64,000 nucleotides of DNA from Planctomycetota bacterium (lineage in GTDB: Bacteria > Planctomycetota > B15-G4). Positions 44,075-51,369 of this stretch are shown in pieces (the stretch's first letter is position 1; each line of letters opens with the position of its first letter). The notes beneath the pieces are model-generated. The model ran no database searches. It saw nothing but the letters and a program-made list of their open reading frames with translations, and had not been told where the DNA came from. The stretch is taken from positions 101,956 to 165,955 of the forward strand of contig JACKHP010000009.1 of the NCBI GenBank assembly GCA_020638905.1. The letters run 5' to 3'. A program made the translations under genes and the position numbers.

Positions 44075-46228
44075 ATGTCGTCCCGTCTTCGTCGCCTCTG
44101 GTCCGTCCGTCGCTCGACGTGCGTCATGGTCGTCCTGCTCTGCGCCTTCGGCTGCGCGGCCGGCGGAAACCTCGACGAGCGCCCCGGCTGGGCCCAGGGC
44201 TTCGAGCAGTGGAAGGGCGCCAAGGCCGGCCAGCCGGGCCTGATGGGCTCGCTCATCGAGCAGCACCAGGACACGCCCCAGCAGCTCTTCGCCCGCTATC
44301 CCGAGGACAAGTACCTGTTCGTGGTGGGGGAGGGTCGCGCCCCGCGCGGCAAGCCGGGCGACGCCAAGCGCAACGCGCAGAAGGACGCCCAGGCCGAGCT
44401 GGCGAACATGCTCTGGGTCGCCGTCTCGTCGGAGATGAGCCTCGACGCGAGCAGCACGCAGCGCGACGGCAGCAGCTCGTCGAGCGAGCGGCTCGACGAG
44501 TCGGTGCGCACCTTCTCGGCCTCGGTCCTGTCGGACATGTCGGTGGCGCGCGAGTGGTACGGCTACGAGGGCGACGACGAGGTGGCCTACGTGCTCATGG
44601 CGCTCGACCGCGGCGCGTCGGCCCGCAACCTGGCCGACCTCGTGGGACAGGACGTGGCCGCCGCCCGCACGCTCGTGGGCGAGATCGACCAGGAGCTCGC
44701 GAGCGGCGAACTCGCGGGCGTCCCGGTGCAGGTGGCCGACCTGTCGATGCGCAGCGACCGTCTGCGCGCGGGACTGCTCGCGCTGGGCGTGCTCGACGGC
44801 GGACGCACCGCGGCGGACGTGCGCGACGAGGTGGCGTCGATCGGGGCCGACTCGACGCGCCTGCGTCTCGACGTGCTCGAGAACGTGACGCCGTCCGAGC
44901 TGCCCACGCTGCCCTACGTGCGCGGACGCGACGAACCCGTGCTCGGTCTGCGCCTGCTGCTGCCCCTCGCCGGACGCATGCAGCCGGTCTCGTCCTGCCC
45001 GCTCATCGTGCACGCGCCCGATCGGCCCGTGCAGCGCGTGCGCACCGACCCCGACGGACGGCTCACGCTGCCGCTGGCGCTCGCGTCGGACACCGCGCGC
45101 GGTGAGTACGCGGTCGAGGTGACCTACGACCTGTGCCGCGACCACAAGGACGGCGGCGCCGCGGGCTGCACCTGCTGCACGCTCCAGCAGCAGTTCGCGT
45201 TCCGCGTCCCGTACCGCGTGGTGCCCGACGAGCAGGCCTTCGACGCCTCGTTCGCGTCCGCCGAGCAGGCCTTCGAGGAGGGTCGCTGGACGGACGCGCG
45301 GCAGGCCTACGCCGAGGCCGGCAGGCTCGTGTTCGACGTCCCCGACGAGTCGGCGCGCTGCGACGGACGCCTGCGCGAGGTCTCGCTCGAGATCACCCTC
45401 GAGGACGCCGGCGGGATGCTCGAGTCGAACCAGTTCGCCGACGCGCTCGACGCCTACGCCTCGGCCTGGTCGGGGCTCGAGCTGGTGCCCGACGGGTCGC
45501 GCCGCGGTCCGGCGATCCGCGACGGGGGGCTCGCGGCGGCGCTCGGATACTCGGGCGAGCAGCGCGCGGCCGGCGACGACGCGTCGCGCGAGCGCTGCCT
45601 CGAGCGCGTCCTGGGCGCCGAGCAGATGTGGGACGCGCCCGACCTGCGCGTCGAGATCGCGGGGCTGAAAGAGGTGTTGCCGTGCGTGACCTGCGGCAGG
45701 AGCGGCCGCTGTCCGACGTGCCTCGGCAGCGCGCAGCCGGGCATGGTGCTGGCCGACTGCGCCACGTGCGAGGGCCGCGGCACCCTGCCGCATGACTGCC
45801 CCCAGTGCGCGAACGGGTTCGTCGCGTGCACGCACTGCGCCGAGGCCGGACTCAAGGTCTGCCCCGACTGCAAGGGCACGTGGAGCAAGACGCACTCCAA
45901 GTGCGACGGGAAGGGCTGCAAGAAGTGCCAGAACGGCAAGGTGCTGTGCAAGACGTGCGCGTACTGCAAGGTGCACAAGGCCTACGCCGACTCGTGCGTG
46001 ACGCCGGGCAAGGTGCCTGCCAAGTGCAAGGTCTGCGGCGGCGACGGCAAGGTGCGCTGCAAGAACTGCCAGGCCGGCCCGCTCGTGTTCGCGGGCACCG
46101 AGTGGAAGGGCTACGTGCTCGCGACGTGCCCCGCGTGCGACGGCACGCGCAAGCGGCTCGCGCCCTGCCCCGCGCGCTGCGATTCGGGCGTCTGTCCGAC
46201 CTGCCACGGCGTGGCGCACCGCGTCTGA
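44075..46228 (+). CDS. Lipoprotein with LPP20-like N-region and a C-terminal 29-Cys CxxC zinc-finger array
   Basis: Internal ATG of ORF 43895..46228. STCVMVVLLCAFGC is a lipobox. The N-region KRNAQKDAQAELANMLWVAVSSEMS is weakly LPP20-like. The last 181 aa hold about 13 CxxC pairs, including DnaJ-type CxxCxGxG (CATCEGRG, CKVCGGDG). Confidence 0.75.
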   Translation: MSSRLRRLWSVRRSTCVMVVLLCAFGCAAGGNLDERPGWAQGFEQWKGAKAGQPGLMGSLIEQHQDTPQQLFARYPEDKYLFVVGEGRAPRGKPGDAKRNAQKDAQAELANMLWVAVSSEMSLDASSTQRDGSSSSSERLDESVRTFSASVLSDMSVAREWYGYEGDDEVAYVLMALDRGASARNLADLVGQDVAAARTLVGEIDQELASGELAGVPVQVADLSMRSDRLRAGLLALGVLDGGRTAADVRDEVASIGADSTRLRLDVLENVTPSELPTLPYVRGRDEPVLGLRLLLPLAGRMQPVSSCPLIVHAPDRPVQRVRTDPDGRLTLPLALASDTARGEYAVEVTYDLCRDHKDGGAAGCTCCTLQQQFAFRVPYRVVPDEQAFDASFASAEQAFEEGRWTDARQAYAEAGRLVFDVPDESARCDGRLREVSLEITLEDAGGMLESNQFADALDAYASAWSGLELVPDGSRRGPAIRDGGLAAALGYSGEQRAAGDDASRERCLERVLGAEQMWDAPDLRVEIAGLKEVLPCVTCGRSGRCPTCLGSAQPGMVLADCATCEGRGTLPHDCPQCANGFVACTHCAEAGLKVCPDCKGTWSKTHSKCDGKGCKKCQNGKVLCKTCAYCKVHKAYADSCVTPGKVPAKCKVCGGDGKVRCKNCQAGPLVFAGTEWKGYVLATCPACDGTRKRLAPCPARCDSGVCPTCHGVAHRV

Positions 46229-46232
46229 CGAA

Positions 46233-46303
46233 CACGCCCCGCGCACGGGGGTCGGACCCGTGCGCGGGGCGTGCCGGACGCGGACCCGCCGGTCCGCGTG
46301 CGG
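46233..46303. terminator. Two tandem GC-rich hairpins in a convergent intergenic gap (bidirectional terminator candidate)
   Basis: Hairpin 1 is a 17-bp perfect stem, 46233-46249 (CACGCCCCGCGCACGGG) with 46257-46273 (CCCGTGCGCGGGGCGTG), and a 7-nt loop. Hairpin 2 is a 13-bp stem with one mismatch, 46274-46286 with 46291-46303, and a 4-nt loop. Neither has a T-tract. Confidence 0.45.
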
Positions 46304-46309
46304 GCGCGC

Positions 46310-48727
46310 TCAGGTGCCCATGAAGAGCTCGAGCGCGTTGCTGAACTCGAAGCCGCCGCCGCCCGTCCCCACGACCATCTGCAGGATGACGCGGGCGGGG
46401 ATGCCGTCGCTGCCGGGCACGCCGAACGCGATGCGGCCGAGGCCGTCGGTGAAGAGTCCCGTGCCGACGAACAGGAACGGGAACGGCACGAGCACGCCGC
46501 CCTTGAGCGGCGTCGGGTTCGCGACGTCTCCCAGGAACAGCAGCGCCGGAGCACCGGGCGCCGCGCCCTCGAGCAGGAAGTCGCCGGTGACGCCCGACTG
46601 CATCAGGTTGCCGCCGCACAGCGACACGTTCACGAGGCCCGGGCCGCCGAAGCCGAGGTCACGCTGGCAGTCGATCCACGAGGTGGTCACCTGGACGTGG
46701 TCGTGCAGGCTCTCCTGCGCCGAGCGTTCGCCGTAGAGCAGGAACGTGAGCTTGCCCTGGGCGTCGACCCAGCGCGCGAAGTCGTGCCGCACGTGCACGT
46801 CGAGCAGCTTGTCGCGGTTGCCCGCGAAGTTGGCGGCGTAGCGGTTCTCGCCCTGTCCGCCGAGGGTGTCGCACCAGTCGCCGGCCACGACGTCCCAGAC
46901 GTAGAGCTCCATCTGGATGCACTGGTCGCCGTAGCCCTCCCACTGGATGTCGAGGTCGACGAGCGTCGAGGGGTCCTCGGCGAGCGTGAACTCGAAGACG
47001 TGCGTGGTCTCGTTGCCCGATGTCGGCACCGCCGAGACGTAGCGGTTGACGTCGGAGTCGCCGCCCGTCGCGTCGGACGCGGCGAGCTTGGCGTACTGCG
47101 CCGCCGTGAGCTCGGTCGAGGCCGCCGCGGGATGGCGCACGCCGGCGAGCTGGCTCCACGAGCTCGTCTGCCAGCCCCAGGCCCAGCGGTCGACGCCGGC
47201 GTTCGTCCCGAAGTCGTAGACCGTCTGCTGCGTGTGCATGAGCAGCGCCGGCGCGGTCCCGACGTCGGTCGAGGTGTTGAGCGCGGCGTCCTTGGCGCGC
47301 GCCTCGAGCTTCAGGAACGCCGTCGGGTCGTCGGGGACCGTCCAGTCGAAGTGGCCCGTGTCGCGTGCGTCGCTGGTGATCACGTGCGGGTACGTGGCGC
47401 CGCCGTCGGTCGAGTAGAGCAGGTCGACGCCCGCCACCTCGACGTCGTCGGTGGCCGCCCAGGCGACGTCGACCGTCGTCCCGGGGACGAGCAGCTCGCC
47501 GCCGTCGGGCGAGATGAGGTGCACCGCCGGCACCGGCTCGGTGTAGCGCGGCACCTGCATCACGATGCAGTGGATCGCGCCCGACGCCGGGATGATCGAG
47601 TAGCAGTCGATCGGGACGATCTCGACGCCCGGACCGGCCGCGGCCTGCCAGGCCGCCAGCGCGTCGGCGTCCTCGTCGGAGTAGTTCGGGTTGCCCGACA
47701 CGTACGTCGGCACGAAGATGCGGTCGTTCACGCGATACGCGTTCGTGTACGTGTAGTGCGTCGAGCCCACGTTCCAGGCCGGCGTCCTGAACACCTCGAA
47801 GCCGAGCGACTGCATGTACGGCACCGCGTCGTTCGTGATCTGGATCGCCGTGGCGTTCGAGCCCGGCTTGAACTCCGAGATGATCACCGTGTCCTCGTCG
47901 ACGAGGTACATCCACATGTCGATGTGACCGGTGCCGTCCACGCTCGACGGCAGGCGCGGCATGATGTGCAGGGTGTCGATGCCCTGGTACTGCTGGTAGA
48001 GCGCGCCGAGCTCGGCCTCGCTGAACGGGTTGTCCTGCTGGACGAGCGAGGTCACGAAGCCGCTGCGGCCGGGCCCGGGCTGGAAGTTGCCGCCCGAGTA
48101 GTAGAGGCCCATCGCGTAGGGCGGCACGATCAGCTCGTCCTCGGCCAGCCGTGTGGGCACGAAGTTGTCGTTCGGGCGCGTCGGGTAGTAGTGGCTGTCG
48201 GCGATGGCGAGCGCGCCCGACTGCCAGATGAAGTGCGGACCGTAGTCGCGCAGCCAGATCGAGTCGCTCGGCATGGTGAAGAAGACGACCTTGGAGAGGT
48301 CGGCGCCGGCGTTCGCGAACGCGGTCGTGGCGTTCGTCTGCTGCGAGGCGTTCGTCACCACGACGTAGGCCTTCTCGTCGTGCGACGGGTCGCCGGTGAG
48401 CTTCGCGACGCACTCGGTCACGACGCTGTTCCATCCCGCGCCGTAGCGGTAGAGCACGCCGTCGCAGGGCGAGTACTCGGGCGGCGAGGCGATGAAGCCC
48501 GAGGTCGGGGGCATCTCGACGCTGCCGAGGTGCAGCGCGTGGGGCACGAGCGGCCGACCCGGGTCGTCCGGCGGCGAGCCGCCCTCGCGCACGCGGGGCA
48601 GGCCGACGTCGGCACCCTGCTGCGCGAGGTCTCCGCCCGCCGGAGCGGCGCGCTGGGCGAGGGCATCGCCCGCGCAGAGCACGAGCAGGGCGGTCGAGAC
48701 GAGGACGGACAGCGTGGGTCTGCGCAT
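46310..48727 (-). CDS. Secreted agmatine deiminase / Porphyromonas-type peptidylarginine deiminase family protein with about 400-aa C-terminal extension
   Basis: Signal peptide MRRPTLSVLVSTALLVLCAGDALAQ. Family motifs present: SIWLRDYGP, YYSGGNF, DGTGHIDMWMY and the catalytic Cys context SGAIHCIVMQ. GGAGG lies 5 nt upstream of the ATG. Confidence 0.85.
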   Translation of the reverse strand: MRRPTLSVLVSTALLVLCAGDALAQRAAPAGGDLAQQGADVGLPRVREGGSPPDDPGRPLVPHALHLGSVEMPPTSGFIASPPEYSPCDGVLYRYGAGWNSVVTECVAKLTGDPSHDEKAYVVVTNASQQTNATTAFANAGADLSKVVFFTMPSDSIWLRDYGPHFIWQSGALAIADSHYYPTRPNDNFVPTRLAEDELIVPPYAMGLYYSGGNFQPGPGRSGFVTSLVQQDNPFSEAELGALYQQYQGIDTLHIMPRLPSSVDGTGHIDMWMYLVDEDTVIISEFKPGSNATAIQITNDAVPYMQSLGFEVFRTPAWNVGSTHYTYTNAYRVNDRIFVPTYVSGNPNYSDEDADALAAWQAAAGPGVEIVPIDCYSIIPASGAIHCIVMQVPRYTEPVPAVHLISPDGGELLVPGTTVDVAWAATDDVEVAGVDLLYSTDGGATYPHVITSDARDTGHFDWTVPDDPTAFLKLEARAKDAALNTSTDVGTAPALLMHTQQTVYDFGTNAGVDRWAWGWQTSSWSQLAGVRHPAAASTELTAAQYAKLAASDATGGDSDVNRYVSAVPTSGNETTHVFEFTLAEDPSTLVDLDIQWEGYGDQCIQMELYVWDVVAGDWCDTLGGQGENRYAANFAGNRDKLLDVHVRHDFARWVDAQGKLTFLLYGERSAQESLHDHVQVTTSWIDCQRDLGFGGPGLVNVSLCGGNLMQSGVTGDFLLEGAAPGAPALLFLGDVANPTPLKGGVLVPFPFLFVGTGLFTDGLGRIAFGVPGSDGIPARVILQMVVGTGGGGFEFSNALELFMGT

Positions 48728-48923
48728 GGGTGCCTCCGAAGAGGACCCCGACCGGAGGCAGCCGCGGCGGGTCCCAGCCGATCCGGCTCCCTCGGGAACA
48801 GGTCGTGGTCCTCATCAAACGATATGTCGGTCATGTGATGTGCGCCAGGGGACCGTCAAGAGGTCGGAGCCGATCCGGACCGGTTTTCGGGGCCGACGGG
48901 CGGAAACAGGCTTCCTGGCGGGA

Positions 48924-49073
48924 GGCTCGGGCTCGGGCTCGGGCTCGGGATCGGGATCGGGATCGGGATCGGGATCGGGATCGGGATCGGGATCGGGATC
49001 GGGATCGGGATCGGGTTCGGGTTCGGGATCGGGTTCGGCTTCGGCTTCGGCTCCGGCTTCGGCTTCGGCTTGG
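48924..49073. repeat. Hexanucleotide microsatellite: (GGCTCG)4 (GGATCG)11 (GGTTCG)2 GGATCG GGTTCG (GCTTCG)2 GCTCCG (GCTTCG)2
   Basis: Counted directly as 24 clean hexamer units plus one degenerate unit, with 12 GATC sites at 6-bp spacing. It lies in the 490-bp divergent region between the PAD-like gene (start 48727) and the M50 gene (start 49218). Confidence 0.95.
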
Positions 49074-49217
49074 CGCGTGCGAACGGGACGGGGTACCGTC
49101 CGCTGCTCACGTCGGAGGCGCGATGGACGTCGGCACACCGCAGCGATCGAGGAGCTCTCGCGCGGCCGTCGTCGGTGTCGGGAGCCGCGGGGCGTGACGA
49201 CCCCGAACCCCGGCGAG

Positions 49218-49913
49218 ATGCTCGCGTTCTACGTCGTGTTCGTGTACTCGACGTCGCTCCACGAGGCGGCCCACGCGTGGGTGGCGACGAAGGGCGGCGA
49301 TCCCACCGCGTACAAGGGCGGACAGGTCACGCTCGATCCCCGGCCGCACATCAAGCGCGAGCCCTTCGGCATGGTCGTGCTGCCGCTGCTCTCGCTCGTG
49401 CTGACCGGCTGGCCGCTGGGCTTCGCGAGCGCGCCGTACGACCGGCACTGGGCGCGCCGCCATCCGAACCGCTCGGCGTGGATGGCGCTGGCCGGTCCGG
49501 GCATGAACCTCGCGCTATGCGTGTTCGCCGCGCTGCTCGTGAACGTGGGCCTGTTCACCGGGCTGCTCGTCGCGCCCGAGAGCATCGACTTCGCGCACGT
49601 CACCGCGGCCGCCGGCGGCGCGCACAGCGTGTGGGGGGCCACGGCCTTCGTGGTGGGCCTGTTCTTCTCGCTCAACCTGCTGCTGTGCGTCTTCAACCTG
49701 CTGCCGATCCCGCCCCTCGACGGCAGCGGCGCGCTGCCGCTCGTGCTGCCGAAGCGCGTCGTGCCGAAGTACCTCGACGCGATCTCCTCGAACTCGGCCT
49801 ACGCCTGGATCGGCGTGCTCATCGCCTGGCAGATCTTCGGCGACCTCTTCACGCCGATCTTCTTCCGGGCCATCGACCTGCTCTACGCGAGCGTCGGCGC
49901 CTCGTACGGCTGA
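49218..49913 (+). CDS. Site-2 protease family (peptidase M50) membrane metalloprotease
   Basis: HExxH occurs in STSLHEAAHAWV, and NLLPIPPLDGSG is present. The protein has multiple TM segments. The ORF track extends upstream through the microsatellite, but that part has a much lower third-position GC. Confidence 0.85.
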   Translation: MLAFYVVFVYSTSLHEAAHAWVATKGGDPTAYKGGQVTLDPRPHIKREPFGMVVLPLLSLVLTGWPLGFASAPYDRHWARRHPNRSAWMALAGPGMNLALCVFAALLVNVGLFTGLLVAPESIDFAHVTAAAGGAHSVWGATAFVVGLFFSLNLLLCVFNLLPIPPLDGSGALPLVLPKRVVPKYLDAISSNSAYAWIGVLIAWQIFGDLFTPIFFRAIDLLYASVGASYG

Positions 49914-50030
49914 CGGCGGACGGCGCGGAACGGCATGCCGGCCGGAGTCGGCGGCATCCGGCGCATGGGGGGACGGCTGGGCGTATCCGCCGATCGGCGG
50001 TAGGCTGGCCACGGAACGAGGAGCGAGTCG

Positions 50031-50570
50031 ATGGCCTGGAGTCCCCGCAGAAGCGCTTGGTGGGCGGTCATGCTGGGCCCCCTCTTCGCGGTGGTCGCCG
50101 GGTGGCCCGAGCGGCCGTCCCTCGTCGTGTACGGCGTCACGGGAGGAGTGCTGCTCATGCTCCTCGGGTTCGAACTGCGGCGCTCGTCCAGGACCGTGCG
50201 CATCGCGGCGGTGGCGGGCTGCGTGCTCGGACTGGCGCTCGGGCTGACGACGACCGACCCCTGGTCATCTTGGCAGCGGGCCGATGATCTCGCCGCGGAG
50301 GCGTCCACGCTGGAGCAGAGCGCACGTGAGACGTCCTATGCCGAGCGCCGCGCGGTCTGGACCCGATGGGCGCTGTCGTCACGGGGCCACGAGGCGAAAG
50401 CCCGCGAGAGTGGACGACTGAGCCTGTTCGCCTCGGTGCAGGTCGCGGCCTGGGGTGGCTGGCTCGCGATCCTGATCGTCGAGTGGGCCTCGATCGCGAA
50501 CGCGCTGCTCGCCGCGTCCCACGGTCGACGAGCGCGGCGTGTACGTCGCCGGCAGGGCCTCGGGAGTTGA
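50031..50570 (+). CDS. Hypothetical membrane protein
   Basis: GAGGAG lies 7 nt upstream of the ATG. 179 aa with 3-4 hydrophobic segments. Confidence 0.5.
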   Translation: MAWSPRRSAWWAVMLGPLFAVVAGWPERPSLVVYGVTGGVLLMLLGFELRRSSRTVRIAAVAGCVLGLALGLTTTDPWSSWQRADDLAAEASTLEQSARETSYAERRAVWTRWALSSRGHEAKARESGRLSLFASVQVAAWGGWLAILIVEWASIANALLAASHGRRARRVRRRQGLGS

Positions 50571-50575
50571 ACGAC

Positions 50576-50953
50576 GTGCGCGCATCGGCGGGACGCGACG
50601 CGCCGCAGCCACGCGCCGCCGCGACGTCGTTCCGCGCGGGCCTGCCGCGCGTCGGACTGTGCGTGACGCTGCTCGTGGCGGGCGCGGTCGGGCTCGCGCT
50701 CGCTCCCGGGGATCGTCCTGGCGTGGCGGCCGACTTCGCGGCGCTCATGCTGGCGCCGGGGATCGTCGCGACGGGCGGCCTCGAGCTGTGCGGCACGTGC
50801 TCGCCGCCCGCGTCGACGGCGACGCAGGTCGCGCGCGTGCTGGGATGGTCCGGCATCGCGATCGCGTTCTGGACGCTCGTCGGCACCTCGCTGCGGGTCG
50901 GCTTCACGCGCGCGCACGCCGCGCGGCGACGCGTCCGCCTGCGCGACGCATGA
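50576..50953 (+). CDS. Hypothetical membrane protein
   Basis: GTG at 50576 with GGGAG 9 nt upstream. It has hydrophobic segments (GLCVTLLVAGAVGLALA, GWSGIAIAFWTLVG). Its stop overlaps the next start (ATGA). Confidence 0.4.
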   Translation: MRASAGRDAPQPRAAATSFRAGLPRVGLCVTLLVAGAVGLALAPGDRPGVAADFAALMLAPGIVATGGLELCGTCSPPASTATQVARVLGWSGIAIAFWTLVGTSLRVGFTRAHAARRRVRLRDA

Positions 50954-51369
50954 GCGACGACGCCCGCGAGGCGTACGACGCGCTCTGCTGCTGGACGCTC
51001 GGACGCGGCGACGCGACCTTCGTCCATCAGCACGTGGTGGACGCGTACGCAGCTCAGAGCGCGACGCCGGCGAGCAAGCCGATCGGCATCGTATTCGCGC
51101 TCGTGGGGCTGTATCTGCACACGGAGCGCGGCCGCGACGGACGCTTCGTCCAGCGCGTGCACATGGCGCTCGCGCGGCGCCGGCGCGACTGGCCCGTGCT
51201 CGCGCTGCCCGAGGCGCGCGGCGACGTCACGGCGCGCGACGTGCTCGCGGCGCCCGAGGGTCCCGGGCGCGATGCCGCGATCGACGCCTGGTGCGCCAGC
51301 GTGTGGGACGCGTATCGCGCGCAGCGCGCGACGATCGTCGCGCTGCTCGAGGAGCACGGGCTGGCGTGA
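50950..51369 (+). CDS. DUF5946 family protein
   Basis: The pattern FVHQHVVDAYAAQSA...IGIVFALVGLYLHTERG...VQRVHMAL...WP...IDAWCASVWDAY matches my recollection of DUF5946. Confidence 0.65.
   Translation: MSDDAREAYDALCCWTLGRGDATFVHQHVVDAYAAQSATPASKPIGIVFALVGLYLHTERGRDGRFVQRVHMALARRRRDWPVLALPEARGDVTARDVLAAPEGPGRDAAIDAWCASVWDAYRAQRATIVALLEEHGLA

Noticed and set aside
48924-49073. Possible CRISPR array
   Set aside because: The unit is only 6 bp with no spacers, so this is a microsatellite and not a repeat-spacer array. No cas genes are present in the window.
48815-49138. 107-aa minus-strand ORF reading the microsatellite as EA/EP/DP repeats, in the same frame as the PAD-like gene
   Set aside because: It is separated from the PAD start by tandem TGA TGA stops and 27 codons. 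The flanks are Arg-rich with no signal peptide, and the PAD gene has its own strong GGAGG and signal peptide. I kept it only as a possible remnant; see the finding at 26686..26751.
48492-49217. N-terminal extension of the M50 protease ORF through the microsatellite, which would give a (Gly-Ser)n linker
   Set aside because: The extension overlaps the PAD-like gene start. It is Arg-rich, and its third-position GC between the repeat and ATG 49218 is clearly lower than in the M50 body. M50 proteins of about 230 aa beginning just before the HExxH helix are normal.
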